NCBI GenBank assembly: GCA_900770845.1
Contig: CAAGLS010000131.1
Span: 214-64,213, forward strand
Source of the DNA: an uncultured Prevotella sp.
Lineage (GTDB): Bacteria > Bacteroidota > Bacteroidia > Bacteroidales > Bacteroidaceae
Length of the DNA: 64,000 nucleotides
Direction: 5' to 3'
Made by a program: the position numbers and the translations under genes
Shown: positions 40,163 through 49,337 of the stretch, piece by piece
Numbering within the stretch: position 1 is the stretch's first letter
Layout of the letters: the number at the start of each line of letters is the position of its first letter
Notes under the pieces: model-generated
The model's database searches: none
Told to the model about the DNA's origin: nothing
What the model saw: only the letters and a program-made list of their open reading frames with translations

Positions 40163-41824
40163 TCAGCTGTAAAGATAACGTTTGATGGAGCGTTTGGGAG
40201 TCTTGGCAAACTCCTCGTCGTGAATCTCTATTCCAGCAATCTTGCTGTAGCCAGGCAGGCTGTTGTTGAGGTTCTGCCTGTTCTGTTCCATCACAGTCTT
40301 CAGGTCGTCCTTGTTGAAGCCCATGTTCTTCATCATGTCGAAGTCGGGATACACCAAAGCGTAGAGCTTTTCGTTGCGCTGCACCACAACGCTCTCCACC
40401 ACCATAGGCAGCGAGTTGAGCGCGTCCTCGATTTCTTCGGGATAGATGTTTTGCCCATTTGAGCCGAGCAGCATGTTCTTGGAACGTCCCTTGATGAAGA
40501 TGTTGCCCTCTGCGTCCATGGTGCCGAGGTCACCAGTGTGGAACCAGCCGTCGTCATCGAGCACAGCTTTCGTGGCCTCCTCATTCTTATAGTAGCCCAA
40601 CATCACGTTGGGGCCCTGGCAGAGAATCTCGCCAGGAGTGTTGACGGGGTCGGGACTGTCAATCCTCACCTGCATGTGGAGTGCGGCTCGGCCACTGGAG
40701 CCCGGCACGTAGGTCTTGTAGTCGGCGTAGGCGATGATGGGGGCGCATTCCGTAGCCCCGTAGCCCACGGTGTAGTGGAATCCGATGCGGTGGAGGAAGC
40801 GTTCCACCTCCTGGTTGAAGGCTGCCCCACCGATGATGACCTCATAGAATTCTCCGCCGAAGGCCTTCGACACCTGGTCGCAGATCCTGTCGTCGATCTT
40901 GTCCTTGATGATGGGCATGTTGAGCAGGAGCCGCATTCGGTTGTTCTGTATCTTGGGGAACACCTTCTTCTTGATGATCTTCTCGATGATGAGCGGCACG
41001 GAGATGATGATTTTCGGCTTCACCTCAGCAAACGACTGGGCGATGATGGCCGGCGAGGGCACGCGCGTAAGGTAGTAGATGTGGCAGCCGTGAAGAAACT
41101 CGAACATAAACTCGAAAGCCATGCCGTACATGTGGGCCATGGGCAGGATGCTGATGACCGAGTCGCCGGGCTTCAGGTGCGGCCCCACATTGGTCAAGGC
41201 GAAGTCGGCGTTGCTCCACAGCGCGCGGTAGGGAATCATCGCGCCTTTCGAGAATCCTGTCGTGCCGCTGGTGTAGTTGATCATGGCCAGTTCGTCAGGA
41301 TTCTGGTCCATGTAGTATTCCACGTGTTCCTTGCGGAAGTACTTGGGAAACTTCTTGCCGAACATCTCGTTCAGATGCTCGCGTGCGTAGGTCAGCTTGT
41401 CGGTGCGCGAAATCACGAGCGAATAGTCGGGGATGTAGACGATGCCCTCCAACAGCGGCATCTTCGTTGGGTCTATCTCCGTGGCCACCACGTCGCCCAC
41501 AAAGAGCAGTTTGGCTTCAGAGTGGTTGACGATGTTGTGGATTTGGTCTGCTGTAAATTCATGCAGGATGGGAACGGCGATGGCCCCGTAGGTGAGCGTT
41601 GCCAGGAAGGCAACGGCCCAGTTGGCGCTGTTGCGTCCGCAGAGGGCCACTTTGTCTCCCTTGTTGAGTCCGCTGCTCTCAAAGAGGATGTGGAGCTTCT
41701 CTATCTTGCGTGCCACATCATGATACTGCAGGGTTTGTCCCTTGAAGTCGGTGAGTGCGTCCCTGTCCCAGTTGTCGATGATTGACTTTTGGATATATTG
41801 GTTGAAGCATGGAATTCTATCCAT
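40163..41824 (-). CDS. Long-chain fatty-acid--CoA ligase (AMP-binding family), paralog 1
   Basis: 553 aa. AMP-binding motif (YTSGTTGFSKG). Close paralog of the upstream gene. Confidence 0.8.
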   Translation of the reverse strand: MDRIPCFNQYIQKSIIDNWDRDALTDFKGQTLQYHDVARKIEKLHILFESSGLNKGDKVALCGRNSANWAVAFLATLTYGAIAVPILHEFTADQIHNIVNHSEAKLLFVGDVVATEIDPTKMPLLEGIVYIPDYSLVISRTDKLTYAREHLNEMFGKKFPKYFRKEHVEYYMDQNPDELAMINYTSGTTGFSKGAMIPYRALWSNADFALTNVGPHLKPGDSVISILPMAHMYGMAFEFMFEFLHGCHIYYLTRVPSPAIIAQSFAEVKPKIIISVPLIIEKIIKKKVFPKIQNNRMRLLLNMPIIKDKIDDRICDQVSKAFGGEFYEVIIGGAAFNQEVERFLHRIGFHYTVGYGATECAPIIAYADYKTYVPGSSGRAALHMQVRIDSPDPVNTPGEILCQGPNVMLGYYKNEEATKAVLDDDGWFHTGDLGTMDAEGNIFIKGRSKNMLLGSNGQNIYPEEIEDALNSLPMVVESVVVQRNEKLYALVYPDFDMMKNMGFNKDDLKTVMEQNRQNLNNSLPGYSKIAGIEIHDEEFAKTPKRSIKRYLYS

Positions 41825-41839
41825 ATCTGTGTGATTTGG

Positions 41840-43507
41840 TTATAGTGCGTTCTGATATAAGTATCTTTTGATACTCTTCTTGGGTGTCTTTTCAAACTCT
41901 TTCTCCTGGAGCACGATGGCGGCCAACTTGCAGTATTGTGGCAGCGCGGCATTGAGGTCCCGGCGGTTCTGCTCCATGATTTTCAGCAGCTCGTCCTGGG
42001 TGAGTCCCAACGATTTGGCGGCCTCCATGTCGGGATGCACGAGTCCGATGAGCTTGTTGCCCTTCTGGATTACGAGGCTTTCGTTGACCATCGCCATGTT
42101 GTTGAGCTTGTTCTCAATCTCCTCTGGATACACATTCTGTCCGTCGGCGCCGAGCAGCATGTTCTTGATGCGTCCGCGGATATAGATGAGTCCTTCCTCA
42201 TCCATCGTACCCAAGTCGCCCGTGTGGAACCATCCGTTCTCATCGATGGCGGCCTTGGTGGCATCCGGATTCTTGTAGTAGCCGGTCATTAAGTTCTCTC
42301 CCCGTGTGATGATCTCGCCAGGCTTGTGGGCGGGATCGTCGCTGAGGATTCTCACCGTCATGTTTGACACTGCCCTGCCACAGGAGCCTGGCTTGAGTTC
42401 CTCGTGGTGGCAGAAGCTGATCATGGGTCCCGTCTCGGTGGCGCCATAGCCCACGGCCAAGGGGAAGTGGATGTCCATCAGGAAGCGTTCCACCTCCTTG
42501 TTGAGTCCCGCGCCGCCAATGATGAGTTCCTTGACATTGCCGCCAAATTCCTTCATCACGAGGTCGCGCACGTGTTCCTTCACCTTGTGGCTGACCAATG
42601 GCATGTTCAGCATCAGTTTCATCCTGTTGGTCTCCACGATGGGGAACACCTTCTTGCGCACAATCTTCTCCAGCACCAACGGCACGCTTGCGATAAGGCT
42701 TGGACGAAGCTCCTGCAGAGTCTCCGAAACCAGCGTGGGACTGGGCAGACGGGTGAGGAAATGGATATGGAGTCCGTAAGTGAATCCGAACAGGAAGTCG
42801 AGCATCAGGCCATACATGTGGGCCAAAGGCAGGAACGAGAGGGTGTTCTCGCCCGGCTTCGTGATGGAGCCCAAGGTCTTGTGGGCCCAGGCCACATTGC
42901 CCAAGAGCGAGCGATAGGTGAGCATGACCCCCTTGGAGAAGCCCGTCGTGCCGCTTGTATAGTTGATGAGGGCCAAGTCGTCGGGCTTGTCCTCGTAGTA
43001 GCTGATATGCTCCTTGTGGAAGAATTTAGGGAATTTCCTGCCGAACATCTCGTTCAGGTGCTCACGCGCGTTCTCCAAGTCCAAAGAGCGTGTGAAGACC
43101 ACCGACAGGTCGGGAATGTAGACAATGGCCATCAGGTCTGGCATCTTGTCGTGGTCGAGCGTGGTGGCCACAATGTCGCCCACGAAGAGCAACTTGGCTT
43201 CCGAATGATTGATGATGTTGTAAACCTGCTCGGGCTTAAACTCATGCTGGATGGGAACGGCCACGGCTCCATACGTGAGCGTGGCGAGGAACACGACACC
43301 CCAGTTGGCGCTGTTGCGGCCGCAGAGGGCCACCTTGTCGCCCTGCCTCAGGCCTATGCTCTCAAACATGATGTGCAGCTTCTCAATCTTGCGGGCCACA
43401 TCATGATATTGGAGCGTAATGCCTTTGTAGTCGCTGAGGGCATCTTGGTTCCAGTTCCTGACGATACTGTCTTTAATGTATGCGTTGAAGTTCTTTAAAG
43501 GTTCCAT
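41840..43507 (-). CDS. Long-chain fatty-acid--CoA ligase (AMP-binding family), paralog 2
   Basis: ORF 41840..43555, start moved to MEPLKNF. A 15-bp gap separates it from paralog 1. High identity to paralog 1. Confidence 0.8.
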   Translation of the reverse strand: MEPLKNFNAYIKDSIVRNWNQDALSDYKGITLQYHDVARKIEKLHIMFESIGLRQGDKVALCGRNSANWGVVFLATLTYGAVAVPIQHEFKPEQVYNIINHSEAKLLFVGDIVATTLDHDKMPDLMAIVYIPDLSVVFTRSLDLENAREHLNEMFGRKFPKFFHKEHISYYEDKPDDLALINYTSGTTGFSKGVMLTYRSLLGNVAWAHKTLGSITKPGENTLSFLPLAHMYGLMLDFLFGFTYGLHIHFLTRLPSPTLVSETLQELRPSLIASVPLVLEKIVRKKVFPIVETNRMKLMLNMPLVSHKVKEHVRDLVMKEFGGNVKELIIGGAGLNKEVERFLMDIHFPLAVGYGATETGPMISFCHHEELKPGSCGRAVSNMTVRILSDDPAHKPGEIITRGENLMTGYYKNPDATKAAIDENGWFHTGDLGTMDEEGLIYIRGRIKNMLLGADGQNVYPEEIENKLNNMAMVNESLVIQKGNKLIGLVHPDMEAAKSLGLTQDELLKIMEQNRRDLNAALPQYCKLAAIVLQEKEFEKTPKKSIKRYLYQNAL

Positions 43508-43508
43508 T

Positions 43509-43537
43509 GCACAAACCTTGGAATTTTGTGCAAAGGT
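43509..43537. promoter_or_regulatory. Palindrome TTGCACAAA-N10-TTTGTGCAA spanning the -7 box (TACCTTTG on the minus strand) and abutting the fadD paralog-2 start codon. Candidate operator.
   Basis: Read from the sequence. Confidence 0.4.
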
Positions 43538-43666
43538 AATACCAATTTTGCTCAATCCAAAATAAAATGTGCAATATTTTGTTCTTTCCTCTATCTTTTC
43601 CTATTTTACCTCCATTTTCGTCACGCTCGTTTATCTTTTTAGCGGGATTATTGTTCTTTTTTTCGG

Positions 43667-44917
43667 TTACTCATATTTCATGCTTTTTGCCGGATGGATA
43701 TGGGAAATGAGATAGCTGGGGGCGATCAGTACGAAGACGCTGATAATCAGTGTGGCCACGTTGAGCGCCGCTATCCACAAGCCGTCCACTTCCACGGGGA
43801 CGGCGTTCACATAGTAGGTGGCGGGGTCGAGCTTCACAAGTCCTGTGGAGGCCTGCAGGGCCACGATGCCAAGCCCAATCAGGTTGCCGAAGAGCAGTCC
43901 GCGCCCGATGATGAATGTGGCGAACCAGAGGAAGGTGTGGCGGATGAGTCCGTTGCGCGCTCCCAAGGCCTTGAGGATGCCAATCATGCTCGTGCGTTCA
44001 AGGATGATGATGAGCAGGCCGGAAATCATGGTTACGCCCGAGACGGCTATCATGAGCGCCAGGATTATCCAGACGTTCATGTCCAAGAGGTCGAGCCAGG
44101 CGAATATCTGCGGATTGATCTCGCGTATGGTCTTGAAGGAATAGGTGGCTCCATACTTGTCCACCTTGCGGTTCACCGTTTCCATCACTTGCTGCTCTGC
44201 CATGGGCAGCTCGTGGGGCGAGGCCACGGTGAGTTCGGCTCCAGTGGCCTGGTCGGGTTCCCAGCCATTGAGCCTCACCACGGTGTGGAGGTCGGCGTAG
44301 ACAATCACCTTGTCGTAGAGCGAGAGGTTGGTCTGGTAGATTCCACTGATGGTGAACCTGCGCGTGCGCAGTCCATCTTTGTCGATGAAATAGGCAAACA
44401 CGCGGTCGCCCGACTTCAGCTGCAGTTTGTCGGCCATCTGCTTGGATATGAGAATCTTGTTGCCGTCCTGTTTGCTGGAGAAGTGGGGCACGGTGCCGCT
44501 CACCAAGTTTTGTTGGATGAATTTGGGGTCGAATTCCTCGGCAACGCCTTTCAGCTGCACACCGAGGAAGTCGTCGTCGGTCTTCAAAATGCCCTCCTTC
44601 ATAGCGAAGCGCTCCGCGTGGGCTATGCCTTTCAGGTGGCTGAGGGCGTTGACCATGGAGTCGTCCATCACTATGGGGTATTGCTCAGAGCTTTGCAGTG
44701 TGGTGAATTCGGCCACTTGCATGTCGCCGCCGAAGCCCTTCACCTTTCCCTGCACGGTGTGCTTGAACCCCATCACCACGCAAACGCTCACAATCATCAC
44801 CGCCAGCCCGATGGCCACGCCGGCCGTGGCGATGCGTATGGCGGGTTTGGACACGTGACGTTTGTCTTCTCCCTCTGCGGTGAAGATTCGTTTGGCTATA
44901 AAAAGAGGTAAGTTCAT
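43667..44917 (-). CDS. ABC transporter permease, FtsX/LolE-like family
   Basis: ORF 43667..44983, start moved to MNLPLFIAKRIF. MacB_PCD-like periplasmic domain plus a C-terminal FtsX 3-TM module. Confidence 0.75.
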   Translation of the reverse strand: MNLPLFIAKRIFTAEGEDKRHVSKPAIRIATAGVAIGLAVMIVSVCVVMGFKHTVQGKVKGFGGDMQVAEFTTLQSSEQYPIVMDDSMVNALSHLKGIAHAERFAMKEGILKTDDDFLGVQLKGVAEEFDPKFIQQNLVSGTVPHFSSKQDGNKILISKQMADKLQLKSGDRVFAYFIDKDGLRTRRFTISGIYQTNLSLYDKVIVYADLHTVVRLNGWEPDQATGAELTVASPHELPMAEQQVMETVNRKVDKYGATYSFKTIREINPQIFAWLDLLDMNVWIILALMIAVSGVTMISGLLIIILERTSMIGILKALGARNGLIRHTFLWFATFIIGRGLLFGNLIGLGIVALQASTGLVKLDPATYYVNAVPVEVDGLWIAALNVATLIISVFVLIAPSYLISHIHPAKSMKYE

Positions 44918-44983
44918 GTTTGTATATATTTTCTCTTGTGTGTGCATGTAGTGCCTTGTCTGGGCGTGGGGCAAGCTTCTCAC

Positions 44984-45174
44984 CGCCCATTCGGCTTGGC
45001 GGGAAGGGTTTGCTTGCGCGTCCCCTTCCCGCTATGGCAGGGTAGGGACATGCTTGTCCCCGCCCCTGTTTGGCTTGTCAGAGGCCCTCGCCCGCGCAAT
45101 CCTTTCCCGAGCCTGTCTTGGGTTGTGGCGCGCTTGGCCCAAGTCTGCCTGGGTTGGCGGGAGCGTATCTGCGT
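44984..45174. repeat. GC-rich (about 65%) multi-hairpin intergenic block
   Basis: Contains CGGGAAGGG-N13-CCCTTCCCG, GGGACAtgctTGTCCC and repeated GGYTTGGCGGGA segments. Lies between the aminotransferase 3' end and the permease 5' end. Confidence 0.5.
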
Positions 45175-46380
45175 TTATTCGTCGTCCACTCTGCCGGGGT
45201 AGGACTCCAAGGCCTTCTTTAGCACGACCAAGGCGCGGCAGAGGTCTTCCTTTTTCAGCACGTAGGCTATTCTCACCTGGTTGCGCCCGGTGCCGGGAGT
45301 GGTGTAGAAGCCGGCGGCTGGAGCCATCATCACGGTCTCGCCCTCATAGTCGAACTCTTCCAGGCACCAGCGGCAGAACTTCTCGCTGTCGTCGACGGGG
45401 AGTTTGGCCACCGTGTAGAAAGCTCCCATTGGGATGGGCGAGTAGACGCCTTTGATGCGGTTCAGCCCGTCGATGAGGCATTTGCGGCGCTCGCAATATT
45501 CGTCATACACCTCGCGATAATAGTCCTGGGGAGCGTCGAGTGAGGCCTCGGCCACAATCTGTCCCAAGAGTGGGGGAGAGAGGCGGGCCTGGCAGAATTT
45601 CATCACGGTCTGCCTCACCTCGGCGTTCTTTGTTATCAGGCAGCCAATGCGGATGCCGCATTCGCTGTAGCGTTTCGACACGGAGTCGATGAGCACCGTG
45701 TTCTGCTCTATGCCCTCCAAGTGCATGGCCGAGATATAGGGAGAGCCCGTGTAGATATATTCGCGGTAAACCTCGTCGGAGAAGAGGTAAAGGTCGTATT
45801 TCTTCACCAAATCGCGAATTTGGTTCATCTCGCGGCGTGTGTAGAGGTAGCCCGTAGGGTTGTTGGGGTTGCAGATCATGATGGCCCGCGTGTGCTCATT
45901 GATAAGCTTCTCAAACTGCTCCACGTGGGGCAGGGCGAAGCCCTCCTCTATGGTGGTGGGTATGGTGCGGATCTTGGCTCCCGCCGAAATGGCGAACGAC
46001 ACATAGTTGGCGTAGGCGGGCTCGGGGATGATGATCTCGTCTCCTGGGTTGAGACAACTCATGAAAGCGAAGAGCACGGCCTCGGAACCGCCGGCGGTGA
46101 TGATGATGTCGTCGGGTTCCACGATGATGTTGAATCTCTTGTAGAACGCGCATAGCTTCTCCCTGTAGCTGAGGAATCCCTGGGAGGGAGAGTATTCGAG
46201 CACTTTGCGGTCGATGTGCTTCAGGGCGTCGAGTCCACATTGGGGAGTGGGCAGGTCGGGCTGACCGATGTTCAGGTGGTAGACTTTGATTCCACGGTTT
46301 CGTGCCGCTGCTGCCAAAGGAGCCAATTTCCTGATTGGTGACTCGGGCATTTCCAAACCACGATTTGATATTTTTGGCAT
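45175..46380 (-). CDS. Pyridoxal-phosphate-dependent aminotransferase, class I/II (aspartate/aromatic aminotransferase-like)
   Basis: ORF 45175..46404, start moved to MPKISNRG. Typical AAT fold sequence (…SKRYSECGIRIG…). Confidence 0.8.
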   Translation of the reverse strand: MPKISNRGLEMPESPIRKLAPLAAAARNRGIKVYHLNIGQPDLPTPQCGLDALKHIDRKVLEYSPSQGFLSYREKLCAFYKRFNIIVEPDDIIITAGGSEAVLFAFMSCLNPGDEIIIPEPAYANYVSFAISAGAKIRTIPTTIEEGFALPHVEQFEKLINEHTRAIMICNPNNPTGYLYTRREMNQIRDLVKKYDLYLFSDEVYREYIYTGSPYISAMHLEGIEQNTVLIDSVSKRYSECGIRIGCLITKNAEVRQTVMKFCQARLSPPLLGQIVAEASLDAPQDYYREVYDEYCERRKCLIDGLNRIKGVYSPIPMGAFYTVAKLPVDDSEKFCRWCLEEFDYEGETVMMAPAAGFYTTPGTGRNQVRIAYVLKKEDLCRALVVLKKALESYPGRVDDE

Positions 46381-46539
46381 AGCAATTAAATTTAATATTA
46401 GCACGCAAAGATAACGATTTTATTTTAGACGCAGGATTTTTTTGGGGAAAATTATTGATTCTATTTCAACGTTTTCTTTGTTCATTATCACTTCATGTTC
46501 AGCTTCCTCCCGTTTTGGGAGACGCAGGGCGGACGATGG

Positions 46540-46760
46540 GGGCGGAGGTCAGACTCGAGTCTGACGCACGGGACGAGCGGCGGAGGGCGTGGGTCGATGG
46601 GTCTGACGAGCGTCGGACGCGGGTCTGTCGAACGTCGGACGCGGGTCTGTCGAACGTCAGACGACGGGGCGACGGACGTCAGACAGTAGTCTGACGCACA
46701 GGGACGGGGAGGAAGGCATGGGGACGGGGAGGAAGACGCATGGGGACGGGGGCGGCGAAA
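46540..46760. repeat. GC-rich (about 68%) block of direct and inverted repeats. It holds two copies of GTCAGAC-N4-GTCTGACGCAC(A)GGGACG (at 46548 and 46678), a 2x22-bp tandem cgtcggacgcgggtctgtcgaa (46611-46654), and 3x GGGGACGGGG(AGGAAG).
   Basis: Read from the sequence. Lies in the divergent promoter region between the aminotransferase and the NTP-transferase operon. Confidence 0.6.
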
Positions 46761-46856
46761 GGAGGTCGATGTGGCCGTCACTTGTCTTTGCGCATTGGAT
46801 TCTATGAAAAAAAACTAAAAACAAAGGATTAGTTTTCTCAATAGATAAATAATATG

Positions 46857-46864
46857 TATCTTTG
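46857..46864 (+). promoter_or_regulatory. -7 promoter box TATCTTTG for the NTP-transferase operon
   Basis: Match to TAnnTTTG, 31 bp upstream of the ATG at 46895. Confidence 0.45.
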
Positions 46865-46894
46865 CAACCGAATTAAGGTAAAATCGTTAACGAT

Positions 46895-47614
46895 ATGAGA
46901 TATGCCATTATAGCAGCAGGCGAAGGAAGCCGACTGGCCCAAGAAGGAATAGCTGCGCCCAAGCCTTTGGTGAAGATTCAGGATGAAACCCTCATCGACA
47001 GGCTCATCCGTATCTTTATGGCCAATGGTGGCGAGGAGATTGACGTGATCTGCAATGGCCTCACCCAGCTTGTGGCCCATCATTTGGAGAAGATCCAGCA
47101 GCAAGGACTTGGCGGCAAGGCCGTGCCTCTGAAGTGGATTCAGAAGACTACCCCAAGCTCGATGCACAGTTTTTACGAACTCAGCCATGTCATGGGCCAT
47201 GGGCCTTTCGTCCTGACCACGGTCGACACCATCTTCAGACCGCAGGAGTTCACGACATACATAGCGGCTTTCGGGCAGGCTTTGGGCGAGGGCTATGATG
47301 GACTGATGGGTGTCACCGACTATGTTGACGATGAGAAGCCCCTCTACGTGGGAACGGACGATGGCATGAACATCACGGGATTCTACGACACAAACAACCC
47401 GCCTTGCCAATATATCTCTGGTGGCATCTATGGGCTGACGCCGCGTGCCCTGCAGACGCTCGGCAGATGCATGGAGCGCGGCGAGAGCCGGATGCGCAAC
47501 TTCCAGCGTGCCCTCGTTGGCGAGGGGTTGAGGCTGAAGGCATTCAGTTTCTCCAAGGTGCTCGACATCGACCACAAGAGCGACATACAAAAGGCGGAGG
47601 ACTTCCTGAAATGA
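46895..47614 (+). CDS. Nucleotidyltransferase (NTP_transferase/MobA-like; sugar- or alcohol-phosphate cytidylyl/nucleotidylyltransferase family)
   Basis: 239 aa. N-terminal AIIAAGEGSRL… nucleotide-binding loop. First gene of an overlapped 4-gene operon. Confidence 0.7.
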   Translation: MRYAIIAAGEGSRLAQEGIAAPKPLVKIQDETLIDRLIRIFMANGGEEIDVICNGLTQLVAHHLEKIQQQGLGGKAVPLKWIQKTTPSSMHSFYELSHVMGHGPFVLTTVDTIFRPQEFTTYIAAFGQALGEGYDGLMGVTDYVDDEKPLYVGTDDGMNITGFYDTNNPPCQYISGGIYGLTPRALQTLGRCMERGESRMRNFQRALVGEGLRLKAFSFSKVLDIDHKSDIQKAEDFLK

Positions 47615-48399
47615 GGGCGATGGGCATCAGGCGCGACAATGTGTTCTCGCCCAACTCGGTGGAGAGGGACCGCGCCATACTGCAGGCGGTTCTTCGCATC
47701 CTCGCCGACAGAGGCTGGGACACGGCGCTCGTCGACGAGCGGCATCTGCGCGCGGACGACAAGGCCGACTGCTATCTCTCAATGGCCCGCAGCCCACAAG
47801 CACTCGGCGTGTTGGGTGGGCTGGAGCGCGAGGGCTGCCGGGTGGTCAACCAGTCCGAGGGCGTGGCCAACTGCCAACGGAGCAGACTGGACACCATCAT
47901 GCGACTGAACCGCATACCCATGCCTCCCAAGGAAGGCGGCCACGGCTGGTGGCTCAAGCGTGGCGATGCCGCAGCGCAGACCAAGGCCGATGTGGTGTTC
48001 TGTCCCGACAGCGAGGCTCTGGGTGCAGCCCGGCGCGACTTCCTGCGGCGGGGCATCACCGACTTTGTGGTCAGCGCGCATGTCGTGGGCGACCTCGTGA
48101 AGTTCTATGGCGTAAGCAATGGCTTCTTCCGCTACTTCTATCCCACAGACGACGGCCAGTCGAAGTTTGGCGACGAGAGGCGCAACGGCACGGCCCACCA
48201 CTATCCCTTCAGCAGTGAGAGCCTGCAGGCCGACGTGGAGCGTCTGGCCCGCCTTGCGGGAGTGGACGTCTATGGCGGCGACGCCATCGTCGATGAGGGC
48301 GGTCATTATTTTATTATTGATTTCAACGATTGGCCCAGCTTCTCCCGTTGTAGGGAGGAGGCAGCTGAGGCCATCGCACAACTGGCACAACAAAAATGA
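47611..48399 (+). CDS. Hypothetical protein, ATP-grasp-like (inference)
   Basis: Start taken as MRAMGIRRDN. Its ATG overlaps the upstream TGA (ATGA). C-terminal …DLVKFYGV… and …FIIDFNDWPSF… resemble ATP-grasp nucleotide and Mg-binding segments. Confidence 0.45.
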   Translation: MRAMGIRRDNVFSPNSVERDRAILQAVLRILADRGWDTALVDERHLRADDKADCYLSMARSPQALGVLGGLEREGCRVVNQSEGVANCQRSRLDTIMRLNRIPMPPKEGGHGWWLKRGDAAAQTKADVVFCPDSEALGAARRDFLRRGITDFVVSAHVVGDLVKFYGVSNGFFRYFYPTDDGQSKFGDERRNGTAHHYPFSSESLQADVERLARLAGVDVYGGDAIVDEGGHYFIIDFNDWPSFSRCREEAAEAIAQLAQQK

Positions 48400-49337
48400 G
48401 CAACAAGAGTTTCAAGCAACTCCTAAGAGAATCCTTCAAATCCAACGATACCGAAGAGTGGCTCGACGTGCATTTCACGCGGCCCGTCGGACTTGTGTTT
48501 GCCTTGGCGTGGAACCGTCTGGGCATCCATCCCAACGTCATCACCATCGTGTCCATCTTCTTGGGCCTGGCGGCCGGATGGTTCTTCCATTATGCCGACC
48601 TTGGCCACAACGTGGCAGCCATCCTGCTGTTGATGTTGGCCAACTTCTGCGACTCCACCGACGGACAGATGGCTCGTCTGAGCAACAAGAAGACGCTCCT
48701 TGGCCGCGCCCTCGACGGATTCTCGGGCGATGTGTGGTTTGTGGCCATTTATGCCGCCATAGCCTACCGCCTGATGGGCCAGATTCTGCCGGGGCTCGAC
48801 ATCAAGTGGGGATGGTTCAGTTGGGTGCTGTGTCTTGTGGCAGGACTGATGTGCCATTCGCCCCAAAGCTCTCTGGCCGACTACTATCGGCAGATTCACC
48901 TCTACTTCCTGAAAGGCAAGGAGGGCAGCGAGCTTGACAATTCCACCGACGAGCAGGCCAAGCACGACGCCTTGCCCAAGAGCGACTGGTTCGGCCGGTT
49001 GTTTTATGGCAACTATGCCAAGTATTGCCGCAGCCAGGAGAAGCGCACGCCGCAATTCCAGCGTTTCTTCAAGTTGTGGTCCTCGGGCGCCGGATCCTCC
49101 GAGACCCGCAGCAGGGTGAGGGAGCAACTGCTGGCCAAGAGCCGTCCGTTGATGGCCTACACGAATATCCTGACATTCAACACACGTGCCATCGTACTCT
49201 ATCTCTCGGCGCTGGTCGACCAGGTGTGGATTTATCCGCTCTTTGAGATAGTAGTCATGACAGTGCTTTATCTTTATATGCACAAGACCCACGAGACGGC
49301 CTGTGGGCAACTCACCAAACAACTCGTCAACCAATGA
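48396..49337 (+). CDS. CDP-alcohol phosphatidyltransferase family protein
   Basis: 313 aa, multi-TM, D-x2-DG-x2-AR-type motif (DSTDGQMARL). ATGA overlap with the upstream gene. Confidence 0.75.
   Translation: MSNKSFKQLLRESFKSNDTEEWLDVHFTRPVGLVFALAWNRLGIHPNVITIVSIFLGLAAGWFFHYADLGHNVAAILLLMLANFCDSTDGQMARLSNKKTLLGRALDGFSGDVWFVAIYAAIAYRLMGQILPGLDIKWGWFSWVLCLVAGLMCHSPQSSLADYYRQIHLYFLKGKEGSELDNSTDEQAKHDALPKSDWFGRLFYGNYAKYCRSQEKRTPQFQRFFKLWSSGAGSSETRSRVREQLLAKSRPLMAYTNILTFNTRAIVLYLSALVDQVWIYPLFEIVVMTVLYLYMHKTHETACGQLTKQLVNQ

Noticed and set aside
46440-46800. CRISPR-like array suspected because of the short direct repeats in the GC-rich block
   Set aside because: The repeats are heterogeneous in sequence and spacing (22-bp tandem, 18-bp palindromes, G-rich triplicate). 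They have no regular repeat-spacer periodicity, and no cas genes are nearby.
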